From NCBI GenBank assembly GCA_965223415.1, contig OZ245002.1, forward strand, positions 992,001 through 1,056,000: a DNA stretch of 64,000 nucleotides. The letters run 5' to 3'. Made by a program: the position numbers and the translations under genes. Of this stretch, positions 7,967 to 17,593 are shown in pieces. The DNA is from Myxococcota bacterium (GTDB taxonomy: Bacteria; Myxococcota_A; UBA9160; UBA6930). Numbering within the stretch: position 1 is the stretch's first letter; each line of letters starts with the position of its first letter. The notes below the pieces were generated by a model. The model was not told where the DNA came from, searched no databases, and saw only the letters and a list, made by a program, of their open reading frames with translations.

Positions 7967-9385
7967 ATGCAGGCAGAGGTGCATCCCGAGGCGGCCGAGC
8001 CGGTCCATCCGATCCCGGAGCCGGGACGGCTGCGGGAGCTGATCCGCCGCTATGGTGGCCCCGGGCCCCGCTACACGAGCTATCCGACCGCGCCGGAGTG
8101 GTCCGACGGCTTCGGCGCGGCCGACTTCGCCGGCGCTCTGGCCACCTGCGGTGCGCGCACGCTCTCCCTCTACGTGCACGTCCCCTTCTGCGAGCGGCTG
8201 TGCTCGTTCTGCGCCTGCAACCGCATCATCACCCAGGACCATTCGGTCGGCGGCCCGTTCCTCGACCGCATCGAGCGCGAGATGGACCTCGCTTCCGGGA
8301 AGCTGGGCGCCGGCCGGGCGCAGGTGCAGCTCGCCGTGGGTGGCGGCAGCCCGAACTTCCTCCGCACCGAGGAGCTCGAGCGATTGGCCCGGATCGTCGA
8401 CGAGCGCTTCCCTCCGGCCGCGAACGCGGAGCGCAGTATCGAGCTCGACCCACGCCGCGCCGAGGACGAGCAGGTCGAGCTGCTGCTGGCGCGCGGGTTC
8501 AACCGTTTGAGCTTCGGCGTGCAGGACCTCGACCCCGGGGTCCAGCAGGCGATCAACCGCCACTCCCGACCCGAGCGACTCGCCGCCCTGGTCGGGCTGG
8601 CTCGCGCCCGCGGGGTCGACAGCATCAACTTCGACCTGATCTACGGGCTGCCGGAGCAGACGGTCGCGTCCTTCCGGCGAACCCTGGACCAGGTGCTGGA
8701 GCTGCGGCCCGACCGCATCGCCCTCTACGGCTACGCCCACGTCACCTGGATCTCGAAGGCGCAACGCAGCTTCGAGAAGAAGGACCTCCCGACGCCGGAG
8801 CAGCGCCTGGCCATCTTCCAGACGGCGATCGAGAAGCTGTGCGGCGCGGGCTACCGCTACCTCGGGATGGACCACTTCGCCCTGCCCACCGATGCCCTCG
8901 CCGCGGCTTCGCGGGAAGGTCGGCTCACCCGCAACTTCATGGGCTACACCGTGGCCGCGGGCAAGGCACTGCTCGCCTTCGGCCCGAGTGCGATCTCCGA
9001 GCTGGATGGGGTCTACGCCCAGTCCGAGAAGGATCCGGAGGTCTGGGCTTCGCAGGTGGACGCCGGGCACTTCGCCACCACCCGCGGCGTGCTGCTCAGC
9101 CCGGACGACCTGGAGCGACGCTGGCTGATCCGCGCGCTGCTCTGCGACGGTCGCGTTCCGGACAAGGCGTTCTTCGAGACCTTCGGCGAGGCGCTGCGCG
9201 ATCGAATCCCGGACCTGGACGTCGAGCTCGAGCCCTTCGTCCGGGACGGCATGATGGTGCCCGACGGCACCGGCTACCGGGTCACCGACGGCGGCTGGCT
9301 CTTCCTTCGCCCGATGGCGATGACCTTCGACGCCTATCTGAAGAACGGTGGGACGGCGCCGCGGCGCTATTCCTCCACCGTGTGA
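7967..9385 (+). CDS. hemN: Oxygen-independent coproporphyrinogen III oxidase (radical SAM)
   Basis: GPRYTSYPTA, YVHVPFCERLCSFCAC, GMDHFALP, RNFMGY; GGAGG RBS. Confidence 0.93.
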   Translation: MQAEVHPEAAEPVHPIPEPGRLRELIRRYGGPGPRYTSYPTAPEWSDGFGAADFAGALATCGARTLSLYVHVPFCERLCSFCACNRIITQDHSVGGPFLDRIEREMDLASGKLGAGRAQVQLAVGGGSPNFLRTEELERLARIVDERFPPAANAERSIELDPRRAEDEQVELLLARGFNRLSFGVQDLDPGVQQAINRHSRPERLAALVGLARARGVDSINFDLIYGLPEQTVASFRRTLDQVLELRPDRIALYGYAHVTWISKAQRSFEKKDLPTPEQRLAIFQTAIEKLCGAGYRYLGMDHFALPTDALAAASREGRLTRNFMGYTVAAGKALLAFGPSAISELDGVYAQSEKDPEVWASQVDAGHFATTRGVLLSPDDLERRWLIRALLCDGRVPDKAFFETFGEALRDRIPDLDVELEPFVRDGMMVPDGTGYRVTDGGWLFLRPMAMTFDAYLKNGGTAPRRYSSTV

Positions 9386-9395
9386 GGAGAACCCC

Positions 9396-10697
9396 ATGTC
9401 CCGAGTGGTCTTCGAGAACGCGAACCTGGTCGACGGCAGGAACCCCGCTCGCGACGGCGTGACCGTGGTCGTCGAGGACGAGCGCATCGCCCGCGTGACC
9501 GACGGCCCGGTGGAGACCGGCGGCGACGACCGGGTGATCGACCTCGCCGGCAAGACCCTCATGCCCGGCATGGTGCAGGCCCACTTCCACTCCCACTTCG
9601 GTGCCTTCGGCGAGGGCGTGACGGCGCCGGCCCTCGGGCTGGAGGCCGCGCCCCCCTTCCTCTCGATGCTCGCGGCGGAGAACGCGAAGACGGCGCTCCA
9701 CTGCGGCTTCACCGGTGCCCTCGGCTCGAGCAGCGGTCACGGCATCGACGTGTGCCTGAAGGAGGCGATCCTCCTCGGACTGGTCCAGGGCCCGCGCTAC
9801 CAGGCCTGCACCCGCGAGCTGGTCACCACCGGCGAGAGCTCCGACTACCCGAACAACCGCACCTGGTTCATGGAGCTCGGCAACCACGGCCTCACCTACG
9901 AGGTGGACGGTGCCGACGCCTGGCGCTTCGCGACGCGGGCGGAGCTGGGCAAGGGCGCCGACATCGTGAAGATCTCGGTCAGTCCGGGCCACGGCTCGGT
10001 GCCGGCCCGCGACGTCATGTACCTGACCCAGGAGGAGCTCTTCGCCTGCGTCGACACCGCCCACAATCTCGGCAAGCGCGTTCGCGCCCACGTCGCCTCG
10101 CGCACCGGCGTGCTCGAGTGCGCGCGGGCCGGCGTCGACGTGATCGACCACGCCGACCGCCTCGACGAGGAATGCATCGAGGCGATCCTCGAGGCCGGGA
10201 GCTTCGTCGTCCCGAGCATGCTCTGGACCGTGCGCTTCCTGGAGATCGCCGAGAGCTGGGACCACGCCGAGAAGCCGCTGCCGATCAGCGAAGGCTATCC
10301 CGAGGAGCTCGAAACGACCCTCGCGCGCATCCGCGGCGTGCGCGAGGACTTCGAGCACACCCGCCGCATGATGCCCGAGGCCAACCGCGCCGGCGTGAAG
10401 ATGGTGGTGGGGGACGACTACGGCACGCCGGTGATGCCCCACGGCAGCTACGCCGACGAGCTCGAGCTCTACGTGAAGGAGCTGGGCTTCCCCGCCCTCG
10501 ACGTGATCCGCTGGGCCACGGCGAACGGCGCAGCTCTTCTCCAGATGGAGGACGACGCGGGCACCGTCGAAGAAGGCAAGCTCGCCGACCTGCTGGTCGT
10601 CGACGGGGACCCCCTCGCCGACATCGCCTGCCTCAAGGACACCGCCAACCTCCACGCCATCCTGAAGGGCGGCGCCTTCGTGAAGGACACCCTCTAG
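9396..10697 (+). CDS. Metal-dependent amidohydrolase family protein
   Basis: LMPGMVQAHFH, RAH, IDH, GDD, GKLADLLVVDGDP. Confidence 0.88.
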   Translation: MSRVVFENANLVDGRNPARDGVTVVVEDERIARVTDGPVETGGDDRVIDLAGKTLMPGMVQAHFHSHFGAFGEGVTAPALGLEAAPPFLSMLAAENAKTALHCGFTGALGSSSGHGIDVCLKEAILLGLVQGPRYQACTRELVTTGESSDYPNNRTWFMELGNHGLTYEVDGADAWRFATRAELGKGADIVKISVSPGHGSVPARDVMYLTQEELFACVDTAHNLGKRVRAHVASRTGVLECARAGVDVIDHADRLDEECIEAILEAGSFVVPSMLWTVRFLEIAESWDHAEKPLPISEGYPEELETTLARIRGVREDFEHTRRMMPEANRAGVKMVVGDDYGTPVMPHGSYADELELYVKELGFPALDVIRWATANGAALLQMEDDAGTVEEGKLADLLVVDGDPLADIACLKDTANLHAILKGGAFVKDTL

Positions 10698-10737
10698 GGA
10701 GCGCTTCGGGGTACCATCGGGCATCGGGAGGCCTCCC

Positions 10738-12150
10738 ATGCCCGTCAGCTACGAAGAGTGGATGAGCGACGGCGACGCGCTCATGTGGAACATCGAGCGC
10801 GATCCCGTGCTGCGCTCGACGGTCACCAGCGTCTGGATCCTCGACCGCATGCCGGACCTCGAGCGCTTCGAGGCCACCTTCGATCGGGCCCTCCACAAGA
10901 TCCCCCGGCTGCGCCAGCGGGTGGTCGCCGACGGCCTGGGGGTCGCGACGCCGCGCTGGGAGGACGACCCGCTCTTCGACCGCAGCTTCCACGTGCGGCG
11001 CCTCCGCGCGCCCGGGGAGGGGGACCTCCGCGATCTGCTCGACCTGGCGGCCCCGCTGGCGGGCCAGGCCTTCGACAAGGACCGGCCGCTCTGGGAGTTC
11101 CACCTGGTCGACGGCCTGGAGAGCGGCCGCGCCGGCGTGATCCTGCGCCTGCACCATGCGATCTCCGACGGCGTCGGCATGGTGCGCATGACCAACACCC
11201 TGATCGAGCGCTCCCGCGAACCGAAGCCCGGCCGCGAGCTGCCCCGGACCGTCGCCGACGACCGGGAGCCCGCGCCCTGCGCGCGCTCGGGCGAGATGGA
11301 GCACCTGGCCTCGGCGGTGCAGCAGCGGGTCATGAACGCCACCGAGCGCGGTCGCCGCGTGGGAAGCGCCCTCGGCCGCGGGCTGCTGGAAGCCGTGAGG
11401 GATCCGGCCGGCGCCGCCCAGAAGCTGGCGGACACGGCGGGCTCGGTGGGCCGGCTGGTGAAGCCCGCCAACGAGCCCCTCTCACCGATCTGGAGGGAAC
11501 GCTCCTTCTCGGTGCACCTGGACGCGCTGCTCGTCTCCTTCGACGCCCTTCGGGCCGCCGCCAAGACCGTGGACGGCACCCTGAACGACGCCTTCGTCGC
11601 GGCCGTCGCCGGGGGCCTGCGCCTCTATCACGAGGGGCACGGAAGGTCGGCGAAAGAGCTGCGCATGAACATGCCGATCAACATCCGCGACGGCGAGGAG
11701 CGGGACCGGGCGGGCAACCAGTTCGTCCCGGCCCGCTTCGCGGTGCCGGTCGGCATCGAGGATCCGAAGCGGCGCATGAGGGCCATCCGCGAGCTCGTCC
11801 GCGCCCAGCGCTCGGAACCCGCCCTGCCCCTGATGGACGAGGTCTCGGGCGCGATCAACCGGCTGGGCGTTGTGGCGGCCACCTCCGTCGTGAGCGGGAT
11901 GATGAAGTCGGTGGACTTCGTGACCAGCAACGTGCCCGGGCCGCCCTTCCCGGTCTACATGGGCGGGGCGCGGATCGAGCAGATGTTCCCCTTCGGTCCG
12001 CTGGCAGGCGCCGCTGTGAACGTGACCCTCTTCAGCTACGACGGCCAGCTCCAGCTCGGCATCAACTCGGACCGCCTCGCCGTGCCCGACCCGGACCGCC
12101 TGCTGGACTGCATCGAGGCCGGGATCGACGAAGTCACCTCCGTCTCCTGA
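10738..12150 (+). CDS. Wax ester synthase/diacylglycerol acyltransferase (WS/DGAT)
   Basis: HHAISDG catalytic motif, RPLWE, SNVPGP. Confidence 0.93.
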   Translation: MPVSYEEWMSDGDALMWNIERDPVLRSTVTSVWILDRMPDLERFEATFDRALHKIPRLRQRVVADGLGVATPRWEDDPLFDRSFHVRRLRAPGEGDLRDLLDLAAPLAGQAFDKDRPLWEFHLVDGLESGRAGVILRLHHAISDGVGMVRMTNTLIERSREPKPGRELPRTVADDREPAPCARSGEMEHLASAVQQRVMNATERGRRVGSALGRGLLEAVRDPAGAAQKLADTAGSVGRLVKPANEPLSPIWRERSFSVHLDALLVSFDALRAAAKTVDGTLNDAFVAAVAGGLRLYHEGHGRSAKELRMNMPINIRDGEERDRAGNQFVPARFAVPVGIEDPKRRMRAIRELVRAQRSEPALPLMDEVSGAINRLGVVAATSVVSGMMKSVDFVTSNVPGPPFPVYMGGARIEQMFPFGPLAGAAVNVTLFSYDGQLQLGINSDRLAVPDPDRLLDCIEAGIDEVTSVS

Positions 12151-12154
12151 TGAA

Positions 12155-12228
12155 GAACCGGGGCCAGAGTTAAGAATTCAGTTACGCCCCTTGGGGCGTA
12201 ACTGAATTCTTAACTCTGGCCCCGGTTC
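12155..12228. repeat. Long perfect palindrome, copy 1 (36-bp arms, TT loop); REP/MITE-like, probable bidirectional terminator
   Basis: GAACCGGGGCCAGAGTTAAGAATTCAGTTACGCCCC-TT-reverse complement; core shared with 45159-45228. Confidence 0.92.
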
Positions 12229-12680
12229 CTGATCTGGGTGCCGGCGTAGATGGCGACCATGGCGCCGACCGCTCCCACGATGGCGGCGACGAAGAGCAGG
12301 TAGACGAGGCCGTTCCAGCCGAAGCCATCGAAAGCCAGACCCCGGGTCCCGGTGAGGGGGCCCAGCCAGGAGGCGACGATGTTGCCCCAGGCGCAGACGA
12401 GGAGGCCCTTCGTCACCCAGCCGGTGCCGCGCGGGCCGAGCGCCAACAGCGGCGCTACCGCGGCGACGCCGATCAGGAGCAGGCCGTTCAGGATTCCTTC
12501 GAGGTGCGCCATGCGCCAGCCGCGCGCGTCGCCGGGCAGGTCGACGGCGAGCTGACCGGGAATCGGCCACACCTCGACCCGCCCCAGGATCTCGAAGGCG
12601 AAGGGAAAGCCGGCCATCAGGCCGAGGAGGAAGACGAGGGCGCCATGGGCCACCAGGGTTCGACGGTCTCGTTCGGTCAT
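12210..12680 (-). CDS. Styrene oxide isomerase (StyC)-like membrane protein
   Basis: HG...PGDARGWRMAHLEGILNG...WGN...RGLAF resembles StyC; four hydrophobic segments; stop codon lies inside the palindrome. Confidence 0.65.
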   Translation of the reverse strand: MTERDRRTLVAHGALVFLLGLMAGFPFAFEILGRVEVWPIPGQLAVDLPGDARGWRMAHLEGILNGLLLIGVAAVAPLLALGPRGTGWVTKGLLVCAWGNIVASWLGPLTGTRGLAFDGFGWNGLVYLLFVAAIVGAVGAMVAIYAGTQIRNRGQS

Positions 12681-12722
12681 CGCTTGCTCCCGTGAGCCTC
12701 GCGGACGTGCGAGACTCGCCCC

Positions 12723-14231
12723 ATGATGCGACATCGCCTCGTCCTCGGGCTCGTCTGCTTCCCGCTGCTCCTCGCCGCGCCGAAGGGGTTCGCGGAGGAG
12801 CCGTGGGATCTGGTCCTGGCGGGCGGGCGCGTCCTCGATCCGGAGTCCGGCCTCGACGCCGTGCGCTGGGTCGGCGTGCGCGGCGGGCGCATCGGTGCGG
12901 TCTCCGAGGCACCCCTCGGAGGCGCCGAAGTCGTCGACGTCTCCGGTCTCGCGGTGGCGCCGGGCTTCATCGATCTGCACGTCCACGGCCAGGAGCCGCG
13001 GAGCTACGGCTACCTGGCCCAGGACGGCGTGACCACCGCCCTGGAGCTCGAGGCCGGCGTGCACCGGATCGACCGCTTCCTCGCCCGCAGGGAGGGCAAG
13101 GCGCGGGTGCACTTCGGCGCCTCGGCGGGGCACATGCCAGCGCGGGCCCTCGTCCTCGATGGCGTATCCCTCGAGCACTTCATGACGGCAGAGGTGATGG
13201 AGCGGGGCCTTCGCCTGCTGTGGACCGGCTTCCGCATGTGGCTGCGCGACGCCCCGCGCTTCGGCTACGTGATCGCCACCCGGGAGCAGCGCGAAGAGAT
13301 CATCGCCGCTCTGGCCGAGGAGCTCGATCGGGGGGCCATCGGGATCGGCATGGGCCTGGCCTACACGCCGGGCGCCGACGGACCCGAGATCGCCGGCGTG
13401 TTCGACCTGGCTGCCCGGCGCGGGGCTCCCGTCTTCGTCCACCTGCCGGCCCAGGCGGATCCGGAGGACATGCAGCCCCTCGAGACCGTGCTCGGCTACG
13501 CCCGCGGCTCCGGTGCAGCCCTGCACGTGGTGCACGTCAACAGCTCCAGCCAGGATGCGGTGGCGAGCTACCTGGAGCGCATCGAGACGGCGCGGTCCCA
13601 GGGGCTCGACGTGAGCGTCGAGGCCTACCCCTACACGGCCGGCTCCACGCGCATCGAGTCGGCGCTCTTCGACGAAGGCTGGCGCGACAAGCGCAACATG
13701 GACTTCGGCGATCTCCAGTGGGCCGCCACCGGCGAGCGCCTGACCGCAGAAAGCTTCGTCCACTTCCGGAAGCAGGGGGGCACCGTGATCCTCCACTTCA
13801 TGAAGCAGGAGATGGTGGATGCGGCCGTCGAGCACCCCCTCACCATGATCGCCTCCGACGGCATGCCGATGCAGGGCGCGAGCCCGCATCCGCGGGGCGC
13901 CGGCAGCCGCGCGCGGGTGCTGGCGCGCAACGTGCGCGAGCGCGGCGCATTGGGCCTGCTCGATGCCGTCCGGAAGATGTCCCTCGATCCCGCTCGCCGC
14001 CTCGAGGCCTTCGTACCCGCGATGGGTCGCAAGGGGCGCATCCGCGCCGGGGCCGACGCGGACCTGGTCGTCTTCGATCCCGAGACGGTGCGCGATCGCG
14101 CCAGCTTCGAGGAGCCCTTCCAGCCCTCCGAAGGCATCCCCCATGTGCTCGTCGGCGGGAACTTCGTCGTGCGAAACGGAGCCCTGGTGAAAGGCGCCGC
14201 TCCGGGCCGCGCCCTACGCGCGGGAGGCTGA
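12723..14231 (+). CDS. Secreted amidohydrolase (D-aminoacylase-like)
   Basis: APGFIDLHVH, EAYPYTAGST, IASDG, HPRGAG, GADADLVVFDP. Confidence 0.85.
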   Translation: MMRHRLVLGLVCFPLLLAAPKGFAEEPWDLVLAGGRVLDPESGLDAVRWVGVRGGRIGAVSEAPLGGAEVVDVSGLAVAPGFIDLHVHGQEPRSYGYLAQDGVTTALELEAGVHRIDRFLARREGKARVHFGASAGHMPARALVLDGVSLEHFMTAEVMERGLRLLWTGFRMWLRDAPRFGYVIATREQREEIIAALAEELDRGAIGIGMGLAYTPGADGPEIAGVFDLAARRGAPVFVHLPAQADPEDMQPLETVLGYARGSGAALHVVHVNSSSQDAVASYLERIETARSQGLDVSVEAYPYTAGSTRIESALFDEGWRDKRNMDFGDLQWAATGERLTAESFVHFRKQGGTVILHFMKQEMVDAAVEHPLTMIASDGMPMQGASPHPRGAGSRARVLARNVRERGALGLLDAVRKMSLDPARRLEAFVPAMGRKGRIRAGADADLVVFDPETVRDRASFEEPFQPSEGIPHVLVGGNFVVRNGALVKGAAPGRALRAGG

Positions 14232-14242
14232 GGCCGTGGGGC

Positions 14243-15832
14243 TCAGCCCAGTGCGAAGCCCTCGTAGCCCTTCGCCACCACCTCTTCGCACTTCTCGACG
14301 TAGGGCGGGAAGCCCAGGTAGGGCATGAAGACCCGCGGCTTGCCGGGCACGTTCGCTCCCAGGTACCAGGAGTTGCAGCTCGGGAAGAGCGTCTCCCCCG
14401 CCACCTCGTTGACGTGGGCGACCCAGGCGTCCTCGGCCTCGACGGTCGCCTCGATGCAGGCGGCCTCACCCTGCCGCACCCACGCGATGCAGTCGGCGAT
14501 CCACTCCACGTGCTGCTCGATGGATGGGATCATGTTCGAGAGCACCGAGGGGCTTCCGGGACCGGTGATGGTGAAGAGGTTCGGGAAGCCGGCCGTCGCG
14601 AGCCCCAGGTAGGTGCGCGGGCCTTCGGCCCACTTCTCCCGGAGCGTGCACCCCGCCCGGCCGCGGATGTCGACCTTGAGGAGCGCGCCGGTCATCGCGT
14701 CGAAGCCGGTGGCGAAGACGATGGCGTCGAGCTCGAATTCGGCGTCCGCGGTCCGCAGGCCGGTCGGCGTGATCTCGCGGATCGGCACCTCCAGCACGTC
14801 GACCAGGCTGACGTTCGGCCGGTTGAAGGTGGCGTAGTAGTCGGTGTCGACGCAGAGCCGTTTACAGGCCACGACCGTGTCCGGCGTCAGCTTCGCCGCG
14901 ATCTCCGGATCGCGCACGATGCTCTCGATCTTGCCACGCAGGAACCGGGCGGCGGTGTCGTTCGCCTCCTTGTTGCTGAGGAGGTCGTCGAAAACGCCCA
15001 TGAAGGGCAGGCCTCCGTGCTCCCAGCGCGCCTCGTACTCCCGCTGCCGCTCCTCGGGCGTCACGGCCAGGGCCGAGGTTTCGTTCGGCGCCGTGTCCAG
15101 GCCGAAGGGCATCTGTTTCGCCCGGGCCCGCAGGCCCGCGTAGTCGGCCTTCACCCGCTGCTGGGTCTCCGCCTCCAGCTTCTGGTTGTGGGCGGGAACG
15201 GACCAGTTCGGGGTCCGCTGGAAGACGTAGAGGTGCTCCGCCTGCTGGGCGAGGATCGGGATCGACTGGATGCCCGAGGAGCCCGTTCCGATCACGCCGA
15301 CCCGCTGTCCGGTGAAGTCGACGCCTTCGTGGGGCCACTGGCCCGTGTGGTAGACGGGGCCGCGGAAGGAATCCCGCCCCGGGAACTCCGGCGTGTTCAC
15401 CGACGAGAGACAGCCGGTCGCGAAGACGACGAAGCGTGCCGTCGCGTCGCCGCGATCGGTGCCGACCCTCCAGCGCCCGGCCGCCTCGCCGAAGTGGGCG
15501 GCCTCGACCCGGGTCTCGAGCTGGACGTCGGCCCGGAGATCGAAGCGATCGGCGACGTGCTCGATGTAGCGCAGGATTTCGGGCTGCGTGGCATAGCGTT
15601 CGGTCCACTCCCACTCCTGCTGGAGATCCTCGTCGAACTGGTAGGAGTACTCCATGCTCTCGACGTCGCAGCGCGCACCGGGGTAGCGGTTCCAGAACCA
15701 GGTGCCGCCCACGCCGCTGCCAGCCTCGAACACCCGCACCGAGAGACCCTGCTGCCGCAGCCGATGGAGCATGTAGAGGCCGCCGAGGCCAGCGCCCACC
15801 ACGATCGCGTCGTACTCCGGCCCCTCCGCCAT
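14243..15832 (-). CDS. Type I Baeyer-Villiger monooxygenase
   Basis: GAGLGG, GGTWFWNRYPGARCD, BVMO fingerprint FRGPVYHTGQWP, GTGSSGIQ. Confidence 0.95.
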   Translation of the reverse strand: MAEGPEYDAIVVGAGLGGLYMLHRLRQQGLSVRVFEAGSGVGGTWFWNRYPGARCDVESMEYSYQFDEDLQQEWEWTERYATQPEILRYIEHVADRFDLRADVQLETRVEAAHFGEAAGRWRVGTDRGDATARFVVFATGCLSSVNTPEFPGRDSFRGPVYHTGQWPHEGVDFTGQRVGVIGTGSSGIQSIPILAQQAEHLYVFQRTPNWSVPAHNQKLEAETQQRVKADYAGLRARAKQMPFGLDTAPNETSALAVTPEERQREYEARWEHGGLPFMGVFDDLLSNKEANDTAARFLRGKIESIVRDPEIAAKLTPDTVVACKRLCVDTDYYATFNRPNVSLVDVLEVPIREITPTGLRTADAEFELDAIVFATGFDAMTGALLKVDIRGRAGCTLREKWAEGPRTYLGLATAGFPNLFTITGPGSPSVLSNMIPSIEQHVEWIADCIAWVRQGEAACIEATVEAEDAWVAHVNEVAGETLFPSCNSWYLGANVPGKPRVFMPYLGFPPYVEKCEEVVAKGYEGFALG

Positions 15833-15835
15833 CGG

Positions 15836-16969
15836 CTAGCCTCCCAGCGACTTGTAGGCCGCCATCACGACGCTGCCGCCCCGAACGTCGCCCAGCAGGT
15901 CCGCGTCCATGCGGTTCATGACGTAAGCCACGGACATGCGCGCATCGAGATCGATGATCGAAAGCGATCCGCCCCATCCGCCCCAGAAGAAGGTGCGCTC
16001 GTTGGGGCTGAGCGGGAAGGTCGGGTCGATCAGCCCGAAGCCCATGCCGAAGCGAATCGGCACGCTCATCACCCGATCGATCCCCTGGCACTGCTCCTCG
16101 AGCGCCTTCTCGACGCCCGCCGCCGAGAGGATCCGCACGCCGTCCACCTCGCCGCCGCAGGCCAGGGCCGAGTGCACCCGCGCTATCGAGCGGGCGTTGC
16201 CGATGCCGCCGGCCGCGGGGATCTCGGCGCGCCGCCAGCCGGGGGTGCGCGGCTCGGTGCCGTCGATGGGGCAGCTCGTCATCGTACGCACCGCGATCGA
16301 GTCCGCATCGCCGGGCTGCGCTCCCGGCGGCGCACCGGGCGGCACGAGCTCACCGACCCGGTCGTCGTGGGCCGGGTCGAGACCGATGTGGAAGTCCGCA
16401 CCGAGAGGCTCCGCGATCTCCTCCCGGAAGAAGGTGCCGAGGCTCCGGCCGGTGACGCGGCGAATGATCTCGCCCTGGAGGAAGCCCTGGGTGACGGCGT
16501 GGTAGCCGGAGCCGTCTCCCGGCGTCCACCAGGGCGTCTGCGCCGCCAGCCGGCTGGCTATGCCCTCCCAGTCGTAGAGCTCCGCGAGGGAGGCGAGCGG
16601 CGGATCGAAGCCCGAGAGCCCAGCGCTGTGGCTCATCACGTGCTTGACCAGTACGCGCTCCTTCCCGTTCGCCGCGAACTCCGGCCAGTAGGCCGCGACC
16701 GGAGCCTCGAAGTCCAGGAGCCCCCGATCGGCCGCGACGAGCATGCACGCCCCGGCCATCGTCTTCGTCGTCGAGTACACGTTGACGATCGTGTCCCGCT
16801 GCCACGGGGTGCCGTTCGGGTCGGCGTCTCCGGCCCAGAGGTCGACGACGGGTACGCCGTCCAGTGTCACCGCGGCGCACGCTCCCACCTCCAGGCCGCT
16901 GGCGAAGTTCGCCGCGAAGGCCTCGCGGACGGGCTCGAAGCGGGCGTCGCAGGTTCCGTGGATCTCCAT
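15836..16969 (-). CDS. Beta-lactamase-family serine hydrolase (family VIII esterase)
   Basis: Starts MEIHGTCDARF; SxxK (YSTTK), MSHSAGL, GYH, WGGWGGS. Confidence 0.9.
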   Translation of the reverse strand: MEIHGTCDARFEPVREAFAANFASGLEVGACAAVTLDGVPVVDLWAGDADPNGTPWQRDTIVNVYSTTKTMAGACMLVAADRGLLDFEAPVAAYWPEFAANGKERVLVKHVMSHSAGLSGFDPPLASLAELYDWEGIASRLAAQTPWWTPGDGSGYHAVTQGFLQGEIIRRVTGRSLGTFFREEIAEPLGADFHIGLDPAHDDRVGELVPPGAPPGAQPGDADSIAVRTMTSCPIDGTEPRTPGWRRAEIPAAGGIGNARSIARVHSALACGGEVDGVRILSAAGVEKALEEQCQGIDRVMSVPIRFGMGFGLIDPTFPLSPNERTFFWGGWGGSLSIIDLDARMSVAYVMNRMDADLLGDVRGGSVVMAAYKSLGG

Positions 16970-17313
16970 GGGGCCTCCCGGAGCGTGAGGGGGCCGCCAT
17001 ACTAGCTCGATCCGGCGGGTAGGGGCGTGAGGGGTGTGGCGGCCGGCGGCTAGGAGGCGTGGACACGAACGGCCGGCGGGCCGGGGCGCTCCTCGGCCAC
17101 GGCGGAGGGCTGCGTCATCCATTCGGGAACCGGGCAGGCCTCTGGATCCACTCACTCCGCAGTCCATGCCGTGGCTGCGGCGCGAGGAAGACGGACGGGG
17201 AACCGGACATGGGCGTCCGAGTCGAGCCCCCACGACGAGAGGGCGTTGAACGGATCCGCGCCCTGCCCAGACCTCGCGTTGGGCGGGGCGCCCGCGCCGC
17301 CCGAGACGGGCGG

Positions 17314-17467
17314 CTACGCTCCCGCCGGGGCCGCAGACCGATCGACGGGCTCCGCGTCGGCCAGGGGGCGCAGGAAGGCGACCCCGAAACCGACGTGGTC
17401 GTCCTTCGGTCCGGACGTGCGGATGACCTCGCCCTGCACGACGACGGGCGTCGCGAAAGTCGAGCAT
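17314..17467 (-). pseudogene. PilZ-domain-like gene fragment
   Basis: Minus frame reads PVVVQGEVIRTSGPKDDHVGFGVAFL with no in-frame start; the nearby ATG is one base out of frame. Confidence 0.35.
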
Positions 17468-17593
17468 GGCCCCCCAAAATCGGACGGACGGGCCGGAAAG
17501 TTGACGGGGGGCGGAAGACGATTGAACCGACCCGGGCCGCCTCAGGACCGACGTCCAACCACCTCCCGTGAGCGCCCATCGAGGAATCGGCCG

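Noticed and set aside
6263..9712. 1149-aa ORF as a giant ferritin-like fusion (likewise 55232-59224, 52938-55799, 35296-38070, 15836-17944, 12210-14144)
   Set aside because: Only the C-terminal part is real; the extensions overlap other genes and better downstream starts exist
12155..12228. Palindromes as CRISPR repeats
   Set aside because: Two isolated inverted repeats 33 kb apart, with no spacers and no cas genes
12692..17005. 1437-aa plus-strand ORF and similar very long ORFs (29079-31802, 25835-29188, 4568-7378)
   Set aside because: Shadow frames of high-GC genes: Arg/Gly/Pro-rich, no motifs, overlapping well-supported genes
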